From a virus: a stretch of DNA of 64,000 nucleotides. The translations under genes and the position numbers were made by a program. Positions 1 through 8,782 of this stretch are shown here, piece after piece; within the stretch, counting starts at the first letter, position 1, and each line of letters begins with the position of its first letter. The stretch is taken from positions 1 to 64,000 of the IMG/VR virus record IMGVR_UViG_3300017987_000013; one strand, given 5' to 3'. The notes under the pieces are model-generated. The model was not told the DNA's origin. It made no database searches and was given only the letters and a program-made list of their open reading frames with translations.

Positions 1-263
1 ACGGAGAGGGTCATATTTTGGGGTGCGGGAGAGGCTCGGTCGCCTGGGGCGGTTGCCGGTTGGTCAGGTGATCGTGTGGTTGGTCCGTCGTCGTCGGCTG
101 TCGTCGATCCTCGATTGCTACACCGCCGCTCCGGCCGCGATATGCGCTCGCGATCGACACCACGACCACGACCCCGATAAGCGACAGCGATCCCTGCCAA
201 ACTGACTGTCGCGAGCTGATAATACTGTCGCTACTCCAGAAACGACCGTATAGCGTCAAATCT

Positions 264-291
264 ACTGCGCAGAAGATACATTATGTTAACC
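264..291 (+). other. dif-like XerC/XerD recombination site
   Basis: ACTGCGCAGAA-GATACA-TTATGTTAACC has the 11-6-11 layout of E. coli dif (GGTGCGCATAA-TGTATA-TTATGTTAAAT). The XerD arm matches 9/11 and the XerC arm 8/11. It is intergenic, just downstream of terS. Confidence 0.75.
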
Positions 292-334
292 TATCCCAGA
301 TCCGCACACCTTTTTCGCGACACCATCACGACAG

Positions 335-988
335 CTAACCGCTCCCGTCACCTAGCAGGCCGGCAGGTATCTCTTCGCCCTGCTGCCGTAGCTCCGATGT
401 CCACGCCATCAGCACCGTCTCAGGATTGTCCCCTTGGGCAAGGGCGTGTAAGACGTGATGGGGCAATGCTTTGCGGGCGATCAAGTCTTGCACCACGGTC
501 AAGTTGATGTTGACGCGTGTCGACCTCACGTCATGTCGCTGTGTGGCGTACTTCTCGGGCAGTAATCCCTTCAGGAGGAAGATCAAGAGCGTGTCGCTAT
601 ACTCCGTCACGTAGGCGCCAGGCTCCCCCTTGTAGAACCCCGTAGGCTTCATAACTCCTTTGACTGCACGACGATACGCCTCGTCCTCGATGAGGTCCGC
701 AGCCATACCCTTGGCCCGAATGATGGCCTCCTGTAGCACCTCGTCAGTCTTCCAAAATGCGGTGTTGGGCAGTTTTCTGGAGATCCGCGCGATTCGACAC
801 GCTCGTTTAACTGTACCGGTTAACGCCAATGCGGCGACGTACGCTCTTTTTTTCGGATGGGTAATCTCAGGAAACAGTTGTTCGTGTGGTTCGTCGAGCA
901 GTTTGGCGATGTACTCGTCCTCTTTTTTTTCTTCTAACTCTTTGTGTTGTAGGGGTTTAGGTAGTTCGGTGTTGTTGTTGTCGCACAT
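335..988 (-). CDS. terS: Terminase small subunit
   Basis: HTH-like 'KKRAYVAALALTGTVKRACRIARISR', 'LIEDEAYRRAVKG' and 'EYSDTLLIFLLKGLLPEKY' are typical of a TerS family. The ATG at 988 has a GAGG SD. Confidence 0.85.
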   Translation of the reverse strand: MCDNNNTELPKPLQHKELEEKKEDEYIAKLLDEPHEQLFPEITHPKKRAYVAALALTGTVKRACRIARISRKLPNTAFWKTDEVLQEAIIRAKGMAADLIEDEAYRRAVKGVMKPTGFYKGEPGAYVTEYSDTLLIFLLKGLLPEKYATQRHDVRSTRVNINLTVVQDLIARKALPHHVLHALAQGDNPETVLMAWTSELRQQGEEIPAGLLGDGSG

Positions 989-1168
989 GATACGGTCCTC
1001 GCTGTGTGGGGACGATATGGTAGGGAATATGGTAGTTTTGGTCGGGTTGGTGCAACGGTCTGTCGTTTTGGCGCTTGTGTCCTGCCAAAAAGACGCTTGC
1101 AACTTTTTCTTGGGTTCCCTCGTATGGGGGGTGTAGGCAGGACACTCACTCAGACCGGAGACTGACCG

Positions 1169-1420
1169 ATGACCCACCTTATCCCACTAGACACGGCGGC
1201 TACGCCGCCCACCCCACACCTCGAAGAGCAGACACCGTTCGAGGTTTGGCTACAGAAGATCGATTATGAGTTGGACCGTTGGGGCGGATTGACGACGGGT
1301 GACCTCGACGACTGTTGCTATCGTGATTGGTTCGACTCAGGGATGGGACCGACTGGCGCGGCCGAGCTAGCACTTGAGGCGTCAGGCTGGGACGAATCTG
1401 TATTTGACGACGACTTTTAA
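1169..1420 (+). CDS. Hypothetical acidic early protein
   Basis: GGAG SD inside the conserved leader. Contains 'DLDDCCYRDWFDSGMGPTGAAELAL'. Confidence 0.7.
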   Translation: MTHLIPLDTAATPPTPHLEEQTPFEVWLQKIDYELDRWGGLTTGDLDDCCYRDWFDSGMGPTGAAELALEASGWDESVFDDDF

Positions 1421-1444
1421 CCGCTAGGCATAGGAGACGCACTC

Positions 1445-1720
1445 ATGATTAGCACCATTACCCACCGTTGCGGACACAGAGCCATTGCCCGCGAAGGCGG
1501 TCCCACGGCAGATGACAAATGCGGTCTTTGCATACAGACCGAGCGGGTAGAGAGAGGCGAGGTCGTTGGTCAGTATCCCAGCGAACCGCACCCATTGGGC
1601 GCGGACGACGACACTCCATTAGATAGCACTCAGCTCAAGCACCTAGCGGCGATAGAGCGACGCGACGCTACTCAGCACGCCCGTGAGGTACAGGACGGCC
1701 CTACCCACACAGGACTATGA
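1445..1720 (+). CDS. Hypothetical protein with possible Zn ligands
   Basis: AGGAG SD. HRCGH...CGLC. Confidence 0.55.
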   Translation: MISTITHRCGHRAIAREGGPTADDKCGLCIQTERVERGEVVGQYPSEPHPLGADDDTPLDSTQLKHLAAIERRDATQHAREVQDGPTHTGL

Positions 1721-1781
1721 GTTGCGGCCGTGCTGCTCTACATCTTTGCTGTGCTTTTCACTCAATAACGGAGACTGACCG

Positions 1782-2252
1782 ATGCTTTACCGGAAACGCA
1801 GAACCAAGCTACCGCCCAAGGCTACTGTACCGTGGGTGCGTATGGTACGCGAGCCTAGCGAGCTACCCACCACCCAAGCCGAGATATGCAAACCGTCCGA
1901 TGTGCACCGTATCATTGCACCGCTTGCGGCCATGGAAGAGGTTGAAGTGTGCTGGGTGCTAATCCTCAATACCAGAAACAAGGTTGTCGCTCAGGTCGAG
2001 GTGACGCGCGGTATCCTCAATAGCTCCCTTCTCCACCCTCGTGAAGTGTTCCGGCTGGCCGTCGCACATGGAGCCGCTGGTATCGTAGTCGCACACAATC
2101 ACCCTGGGGGCGACCCGACCCCTTCCGCTGACGATAGAGCCGTAACCCGCCAACTCGTTGAAGCGGGTCGCGTTATGGACATACCGGTAATGGATCACGT
2201 AGTCGTAGGCACAGACAAGTATTTCAGTTTCGCGGAAGCGGGGCTGCTCTAA
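1782..2252 (+). CDS. radC: RadC-family JAB/MPN domain protein
   Basis: Motifs 'EEVEVCWVLILNTRNKV', 'HPREVFR', 'HNHPGGDPTPSADD' and 'DHVVVG...YFSFAEAGLL'. Confidence 0.95.
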   Translation: MLYRKRRTKLPPKATVPWVRMVREPSELPTTQAEICKPSDVHRIIAPLAAMEEVEVCWVLILNTRNKVVAQVEVTRGILNSSLLHPREVFRLAVAHGAAGIVVAHNHPGGDPTPSADDRAVTRQLVEAGRVMDIPVMDHVVVGTDKYFSFAEAGLL

Positions 2253-2491
2253 TGCCCCGTTACTCAATCATCCGTCGATTGCTCGCTGTCGCATCGTTCT
2301 TCGCGGTTCTCGGGGTCGGCAAGGCGTGCCAGCCACCACAGACCTGCACCATCATCGAGGAGGGGCCCAACGGCCCTTTCGAAACCACCACCACGACCGC
2401 CAAGGACGCACGCTGCGCGGAAGCCCACGACCTACTGAACGAACTCCGCCGGCGCGATCCGGGCGGAAACATTGACTTAGGGAGGAATTGA
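2252..2491 (+). CDS. Small exported or lipoprotein-like hypothetical protein
   Basis: Basic N-terminus, hydrophobic stretch, then a Cys. TAATG coupling to radC. Confidence 0.55.
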   Translation: MPRYSIIRRLLAVASFFAVLGVGKACQPPQTCTIIEEGPNGPFETTTTTAKDARCAEAHDLLNELRRRDPGGNIDLGRN

Positions 2492-2494
2492 AGA

Positions 2495-2698
2495 ATGTCG
2501 GAAATCAGAAGATACGTCCTAGTGGACTCCGAGGACAATGAACAAGACTACGAATATAGCGATTGGTTTGAGGCGGCACGAGACGCGGAAGAGCGCAACT
2601 ATGCGGTAGTCGCCCGCATTTACACATTTGCCGATTCCGAACTAGTCTGGACACCTGACGGCTCGAACACTTGGCCACCAGCCACCCGCTCTAGCTAG
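2495..2698 (+). CDS. Hypothetical protein
   Basis: GGAGG SD; packed in the early operon. Confidence 0.65.
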   Translation: MSEIRRYVLVDSEDNEQDYEYSDWFEAARDAEERNYAVVARIYTFADSELVWTPDGSNTWPPATRSS

Positions 2699-2771
2699 GG
2701 CGTGAAGTATCCGGGCCGGTGCAAACCCGCGCCCGACCTTGCAGGGTAACTCATAACTGGAGGTTAGACCG

Positions 2772-3221
2772 ATGAAGAACTGCGAAGCGACACTATTGAC
2801 CGCACGAGGTGTGCGAGAACTACGCAAGGCTGACGCTGTGGCTTTCCACCTACGCGAATTCGACAGCGATTTCGGCGAATGCTGGATAAACGCCGAATTG
2901 GCGCGCGATCCAGACATTAACCTGCGAGTTGATTGCAACGCAATCGTAACATCCTACAACGGCGCGCGGAACAACGGTTTCGCTATGATCCACGGCAGCA
3001 AAAACTCGCCAGAGTGGCATACGTTCGCCAAACTCCTACGACCGAACGACAAAATCCGGCTCCATTGGATAGCCAGTGACAACAACGGATATCTTAAAGA
3101 CGTGGACCTACACCACGATTTCCTGCGCGGCGAGATATGGCGGAAGGACAAACTCGCATACTCGTTGATCCTCGCCAGTAGTACATGTCCGGAGAATGCC
3201 GCACGCATGGCGCGACCGTAG
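2772..3221 (+). CDS. Hypothetical protein
   Basis: Preceded by the conserved leader with GGAGG SD. Confidence 0.7.
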   Translation: MKNCEATLLTARGVRELRKADAVAFHLREFDSDFGECWINAELARDPDINLRVDCNAIVTSYNGARNNGFAMIHGSKNSPEWHTFAKLLRPNDKIRLHWIASDNNGYLKDVDLHHDFLRGEIWRKDKLAYSLILASSTCPENAARMARP

Positions 3222-3286
3222 GGCGCAACACAGCCTGGCAGCGGGTGTAACCCTGTCAGTCTTTACTCAAACTGGAGGAATGACCA

Positions 3287-3799
3287 ATGTCCAAATTGAC
3301 TAAGCGCAACCCGTCCGACATCCTGCCGCACTTGCGGCGGGATCTCAAGAAACGCTGGCCTGCCGTGAAGTTCAGGGTTCGACGAGACCGAGGCACGGCC
3401 TACGGTTGGGCGGGCGTGAGTTACACCGACGGCCCTAACGAGGCAGCGGTGCAAGCAGTCTGCTACGGCTATCAGTCGATGCGATTTGATGGCATGGACG
3501 ACGGCTACCACAGCACCGGCCACGAGCTGCCCGAAGGGTGTCACGGCCTACAGGGCGTAATTGTCGATCGCTCCTATTCTCCCGAGTTTGTTGAGAGGAT
3601 CGCCAAAGAAGCGATCAAGCGCCACCCAGAACTAGCGCCATACCTAACACCAGAGAACATCAAACGGAACGCGCCAGATTGGCCAAGACGCGCCGGTGGG
3701 GGGTACGCACATCCTTACGCCATCATCCGAACGTTGGGCGAGGACAGAACGGCAACGCTTTGGCACCTGTTGCCCGAAGGGGAACGCAGAACCACCTAG
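3287..3799 (+). CDS. LPD29-like (large polyvalent protein-associated domain) protein
   Basis: 'LRRDLKKRWPAVKFRVR...VSYTDGP...FDGMDD...IVDRSYS' matches the LPD29 pattern as I recall it. Confidence 0.7.
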   Translation: MSKLTKRNPSDILPHLRRDLKKRWPAVKFRVRRDRGTAYGWAGVSYTDGPNEAAVQAVCYGYQSMRFDGMDDGYHSTGHELPEGCHGLQGVIVDRSYSPEFVERIAKEAIKRHPELAPYLTPENIKRNAPDWPRRAGGGYAHPYAIIRTLGEDRTATLWHLLPEGERRTT

Positions 3800-3865
3800 C
3801 CCGGGTCTTGGGGGTTCGATTCCCCCGCTAGGCATGCAGGATTAACTCAAACCGGAGGCAACACC

Positions 3866-4177
3866 ATGAAACGCATCATCGACGGCAAAACGTACAATAC
3901 CAACACGGCCGAGCTGCTCGCTGAGGCAAGCAGTAACACACCTGTGAGCGATTTCTCCTCTTGGACCGAAGGGCTGTATCGCTCGCGCAAGGGCACTTAT
4001 TTCATCGCTGGCGAAGGTGGGCCGATGTCTGGATACGCTCAGTCGTGCGGCCAAAATGAATGGACGGGCGGCGAGGACCTACGCGTCTTGTCTGAGGCTG
4101 AGGCCCGCAAATGGATGGAAACGAACGCGACCGCAGCCGAGTACATCGAGGCGTTCGGGGAGCCGGAAGAAGGGTAA
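3866..4177 (+). CDS. Conserved phage protein (MKRIIDGKxYNTxTA family)
   Basis: 'MKRIIDGKTYNTNTA...LYRSRKGTYFIAGEGGPMS...EARKWME'; strong SD. Confidence 0.8.
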   Translation: MKRIIDGKTYNTNTAELLAEASSNTPVSDFSSWTEGLYRSRKGTYFIAGEGGPMSGYAQSCGQNEWTGGEDLRVLSEAEARKWMETNATAAEYIEAFGEPEEG

Positions 4178-4621
4178 CGAACAGCCCGCCGTTGCGTGAC
4201 TGCGCGGCGGTCTTTGCACAACGCATTTTTATGTGCGCACATAACAATTCAAACTGGAGGCGCAATGCTAGAAAGAAAGGAAGCCGAACTGTTCCGGGTG
4301 TCTTGGCAGTTGCGGACACTACACCGGGCATGCCAGCAAGACATCGAGGGGAAGACCAACGCGGAGAAATTCGCGGAGTGGCTGCGGAGTCTGGGACACG
4401 ACACCTCTTACGAGAGGGTGACAGCATAGCCCGAAGGAGAATCAGATGTTCCTATTCTGGAAGTTGCACAAAAAAACACAGGGCGCAGTAACCTACACGT
4501 ACCGTCCTCTTCGCGGGATTTGGTGGGTCGGTTGTGTTCTAGGCGCGTGGCTCGCAGGAGGCGCAGGTGGCGCAATCTTCGCATTCTTGGCCGGACTCGA
4601 CATTACATGGGAGACCCATCG

Positions 4622-5518
4622 ATGACACACTACTGGAAGGTACTCAAGGCTGATTATTCACCACCACTACAAGGCGGCCCGCCAATCTGTGACGGCAAAG
4701 CATGGCCTGTGGTCCTACCAACAACGCGTCTCGACACATCGATGGACGACTGCGGCGCAGGATGGAACTGCACACGCGAACCCGACACGGCAATTCGTAT
4801 TGCCGGCATGTGGGGACGACTGCTAGTAGTGGAACCAAGCGAGGATGTAATTGAGCGAGGCGATAAGTGCCGGTCTTCTAGGATGACGTTACTACGAGAG
4901 GCAACCGAACATGAGTGGTACGAAGCCATAAAAGCGTTCTCGTGGCCGTTTATGGACGTACCCGCGATGGTCACAGAGCAAGTGCAATGGCTGAACGCAA
5001 TACACAGCCAGGTGGTTGACAAACAGGCCGTAGAACAAGGGTTGCGCGATGCACTAAAATCGCGGGGGCTCGATTGGTCCGTGAAGCGGTACTGGAATGC
5101 GTGGAATGCGTGGAATGCGAGGGATGCGTGGGATGCGTGGAATGCGTGGAATGCGAGGGATGCGTGGAATGCGAGGTGTGCGTGGGATGCGTGGAATGCG
5201 AGGTGTGCGAGGAATGTGAGGAATGCGAGGTGTGCGTGGGATGCGTGGAATGCGTGGAATGTGTGGAATGTGAGGAATGCGAGGAATGCGTGGAATGCGT
5301 GGAATGCGTGGAATGTGTGGGATGCGAGGAATGCGAGGTGTGTGAGGAATGCGAGGAATGCGCTAACGGTCTACTACACCGCCTCAATGGGCTGGACCGC
5401 ACAAGATCCCATGCTACTCACTACCGGATTGCGTGACGCCTACACCAACGGTCTAGATATCGCCATTCCGACTGGACCGAATGAGTTGGGATATGTAATG
5501 CAGAGGAACGCAACATGA
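4622..5518 (+). CDS. Hypothetical protein with internal (W/R)(N/D/C)(A/V) tripeptide repeat
   Basis: ATG at 4622 overlaps the upstream stop (ATGA) and has a GGAG SD. Globular-looking N- and C-terminal parts flank 30 tripeptide repeats. Confidence 0.75.
   Translation: MTHYWKVLKADYSPPLQGGPPICDGKAWPVVLPTTRLDTSMDDCGAGWNCTREPDTAIRIAGMWGRLLVVEPSEDVIERGDKCRSSRMTLLREATEHEWYEAIKAFSWPFMDVPAMVTEQVQWLNAIHSQVVDKQAVEQGLRDALKSRGLDWSVKRYWNAWNAWNARDAWDAWNAWNARDAWNARCAWDAWNARCARNVRNARCAWDAWNAWNVWNVRNARNAWNAWNAWNVWDARNARCVRNARNALTVYYTASMGWTAQDPMLLTTGLRDAYTNGLDIAIPTGPNELGYVMQRNAT
5093..5362 (+). repeat. Tandem array of 30 x 9-bp units [T/A]GG-[AA/GA/TG]T-G[C/T]G
   Basis: Read directly from the sequence: TGGAATGCG, AGGGATGCG, TGGGATGCG, AGGTGTGCG, AGGAATGTG and similar; 270 bp with no indels. 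Confidence 0.97.
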
Positions 5519-7365
5519 AACCGATCCAAACATGGAAGTGCATCGTCAAGCGGCACCACTGTGACATAGTGCGCACCGACCGCGAAGTAGGTAAGCATGT
5601 GGCGATCGTCCCCGTTGCCGATGACACCGACATCGTAGACGCCGAGTATCTAACCAAGGCAGCTACCCACCACGACGCCCTTGTGGACGCCCTTGACGAG
5701 CTGGTAGCCGAATTCGACGCCGAGCAAGAGGAGATCGCCAAGGAACCCAGCCACATCGGAAGGCCCGATACGGGCGGGATCGCCTACGCTCATATAGTGC
5801 TCACATTCATCAACGCCAAACCCGGACATGCAACGGAGGTACGATGACGACGCCCATTAGAACCTACGGGAACCGGGAGCACTGCCAAGGCTGTGACCAG
5901 GACCGCGATTGCCTACCCTACCTCGTGCATTGGGACCTGCATTGGGACCACCTCGACGTCATGGAACACGCGAGTGACGAGTGGGAAATCACGCAACGGG
6001 CCTACTATTGCCCTGTATGTGCCGAGCAGGTAGAGCGCGAACAAGCCATCCAGGGCTGGAAGGTTGAAGAGTTCGCGGTCGATTGGCGCACGGTAGCCGC
6101 CGAGCTGGTGTTACATGCCAGTTCGGTGGTCCTACGGCTGGACCTAGCCGACATAGAGAAGGGGAGCCCGCTGTGTTCGGCTCTCCGCGAACCACTACGA
6201 CACGCCATTATCGACATGCGGCGTGCGATGGAGGAATAACACGATGGCTGAACAGAAATTTCTCGGGACTCTCAATAAAGGTGGGACCGTCCCGCAGATA
6301 GCGGAACGCGACCACGAAGGCACGTTACGATGCTTGGTATGCGGTGGCCGCACAGGACACGAGGCCCTAGTGACGCGCCCGGCACCCCACCGCCTAAGTG
6401 GGGCGATCTGCCATTGCTGGCCACATGAGGTCGCAAACATCATACAAGAGGACGCAACCAATGAATAACATCGAAAAAATAGCCCGCGCGTTACTAGACC
6501 GCGTCTCCGAAACACGAGCGCGACACCTACGTAGCGGGTTCCACGAGAGCCACCCGTGCGGTGGTTGCCATTTCTGGTCTGGATATGAGGCCGCTCTACG
6601 CGACGTGTTGAGCCGACAGCTACCAACCAACACTACGCTGAACCACAAACGCGCGTGGGCAACACCAGAGAGGGGCGAATGGAGAGGAGGCTTTGTCGAG
6701 AGCAAGGCTAATAAAAGCTGAGGGACGTGGGGCTCCGGCCCCACGGTAAAGCCGAAGCCGGGTCCCAACGCCCGGCAGTTACTCAAACAGGAGGGTATTA
6801 TGGCAAGAGAAGAGATACACGGATTCGCGAACGTCAACGAACCACCGCTTGACCCATGGCAGTTGATGGCGCAGGTCGAGCAATGGTATGCGAAGTGTAC
6901 AGAAGTAGAGTATACGGACGTAGACGACGCGCTCCAGATGATCGGGGAGTTGATCCGCACGATGAAACACATCCTCGTCCGCCCGCGTTTCGTGCAAGTC
7001 AGCTACGGGGAAGGTCCAGACTACAGGGAGTTGTATGCAGTTGATGACAGCGGCCAAGTGTGGGAATACGCACACTCGGACTCCACCGAATGGACAAGGC
7101 CCCAAGGTTGGCACCCACTGAACATGAGGAGGCATGAACAATGATAGATGACGACGGGGTGATCCGGTACGATGCAGGATATGGCCGCGTCGGCCTCGTG
7201 TTCGGCAAGGAAGGACACTGCAAGGGCTGTGGCGAATACACAACCTGCGTAGTTGCCGACACCAGTGAATCCGAATACGAACCTGCGACGGTGTGTGGGG
7301 CTTGCCTCGCCCGTATCATGTCGAGAATACAATCGGAGTGGCCAGCAGAACACCATATAAACTAA
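5515..7365 (+). CDS. Run of small coupled hypothetical early genes (5515-5847, 5844-6239, ~6244-6468, ~6461-6721, 6800-7144, 7141-7365)
   Basis: ATGA overlaps, SD motifs and several CxxC pairs. Reported as a block because I could not assign functions. Confidence 0.6.
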
Positions 7366-7378
7366 GGAGGAACCCAGA

Positions 7379-7531
7379 ATGCAGTTAGGCGAAGAGCAGG
7401 AGCTACTCGAAGTCGTGCCCCAGCATCTACCAATCGAGGAGGAAGAGCCAAGTGAACCCGTACATAACCCCGAACCCGTTGAAGAACCTGTACATAAACC
7501 AGAATCCGTACCCGAACCCGTCGAGCGATGA
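7379..7531 (+). CDS. 50-aa acidic Glu/Pro-rich peptide (absent from the ORF track)
   Basis: AAGGAGG SD. MQLGEEQELLEVVPQHLPIEEEEPSEPVHNPEPVEEPVHKPESVPEPVER*. Confidence 0.6.
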   Translation: MQLGEEQELLEVVPQHLPIEEEEPSEPVHNPEPVEEPVHKPESVPEPVER

Positions 7532-8273
7532 CTACGAGCTTAAGAACGGGCTGTGGCGAAGGAAAGCGACGAGCGACGACGGGGTGTATTCGCTCGACAT
7601 CCCCGCTAGTGCTACGTTGGCCGCAACATTTCCAAAGTGGGTGCCGGGCGCTGACGAGGAAGCGAAGCCAGAAGAACCCAAGCCCGCGCGTCGTGTTCAA
7701 GGCCCGCTCTACGGTTGGCGCTGGTGGGTTCTGGTACACGAGAAGGACGGCTGGCGATTACGATCAACGACGCGCAACTATGTGTGGGAAGGCCCAACGA
7801 AGGCCGCGCACAAACGGCCGGCGCTTGAAGGTGCAACAGGAAAGGGACTCATGGGTGTGGTTTTGTACGGGGCCTACGATACCGCGGGTATCCACTGCTA
7901 CGACACGAAACAACAAGCGATCGCCCGTTTGTCAGATACCGTCTCTGAAATAAGTCGGTCGACCTCTGTACTCGGGTGTGTGGAGGTTTCCGGTACCGTG
8001 GTGCGACACGAACATGGGTATCGCGCCGAGAAAGCAACGATACAGGGTCTCACGATGTTCCGACGCGACCACGAGTCGTGGACGGACTTCGGATGGATGC
8101 GCGAGAAGATCGAGCCCACACCCGAACAGATCGCCGACCTTGAAGAGACGTACCAGGTAGACGTTGTGATCGAAGACGTGATCTCAGGCGATGCAACGCG
8201 CGACGAGTACAACGCGGAAGAATGTTTTCCGAACCTACCCTGTGGCGACGAGGAACGGACGATTGAGCTGTGA
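7452..8273 (+). CDS. Conserved phage hypothetical protein
   Basis: 'GWRWW...LRS...GIHCY...VLGCVEVSGTVVRHEHGYRAEKATI'. GAGGAGG SD before the GTG. Confidence 0.7.
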   Translation: MNPYITPNPLKNLYINQNPYPNPSSDDYELKNGLWRRKATSDDGVYSLDIPASATLAATFPKWVPGADEEAKPEEPKPARRVQGPLYGWRWWVLVHEKDGWRLRSTTRNYVWEGPTKAAHKRPALEGATGKGLMGVVLYGAYDTAGIHCYDTKQQAIARLSDTVSEISRSTSVLGCVEVSGTVVRHEHGYRAEKATIQGLTMFRRDHESWTDFGWMREKIEPTPEQIADLEETYQVDVVIEDVISGDATRDEYNAEECFPNLPCGDEERTIEL

Positions 8274-8541
8274 GGGTAGAAAAACCCTCACAGCCCTCCG
8301 TTCACCTCACACGCGGCCATTCTGGCCCGTCACAGCGATTTCTAAGGGGGTTCGCAAATGACAAAAGCAGCACAAGAAGCGGATATTCGCGAAGGGCTGT
8401 GTCCGCAGCGCGGCGCACTGAGCGGCCAGTATCACAACGACCGCATCATGTGCCCCGTCTGCGGTCGGCACTTCAACATCAAAAATGAGCAATGGATAGC
8501 GCAACGCCGGTTACCACGACACAAACCGCTACGGAGTAACC

Positions 8542-8778
8542 ATGAAGAACGAAGAACTCAAAGCCGCAATCAGTGAGATCGAGCCCACTGAAGAAGAACT
8601 GGAAAGGCGGGCGACGAGGACCGGCCCGAAGATCGAAGCCGGGATCTCGCAGGTAGAACTCGCTGATCGACTCGGCCTACATCCGCGCACGATCGCGAAC
8701 TGGATTAGCGGCCAACAGCCCGTCAACGGAGCCGCGGCGATTCTGATTAAGCAGTGGGCGGGTTCAATGAAAGCCTAG
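8542..8778 (+). CDS. XRE/Cro-like HTH DNA-binding protein
   Basis: 'AGISQVELADRLGLHPRTIANWISGQQP'. Confidence 0.85.
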   Translation: MKNEELKAAISEIEPTEEELERRATRTGPKIEAGISQVELADRLGLHPRTIANWISGQQPVNGAAAILIKQWAGSMKA

Positions 8779-8782
8779 AGCC

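Noticed and set aside
3795-3832. Full tRNA gene or attP remnant
   Set aside because: There is no D or anticodon arm and no integrase. It is kept only as a minihelix-like element.
5093-5362. CRISPR array or DGR variable region
   Set aside because: There are no unique spacers, no cas or reverse transcriptase genes, and no template/variable repeat pair.
4971-5436. Cys-rich (CVEC)n ORF 5074-5436 and His/Ser/Thr-rich reverse ORF 4971-5402
   Set aside because: These are shadow frames of the stop-free 9-bp array. Only the W/N/A frame is continuous with globular-looking flanks and has an SD-supported start.
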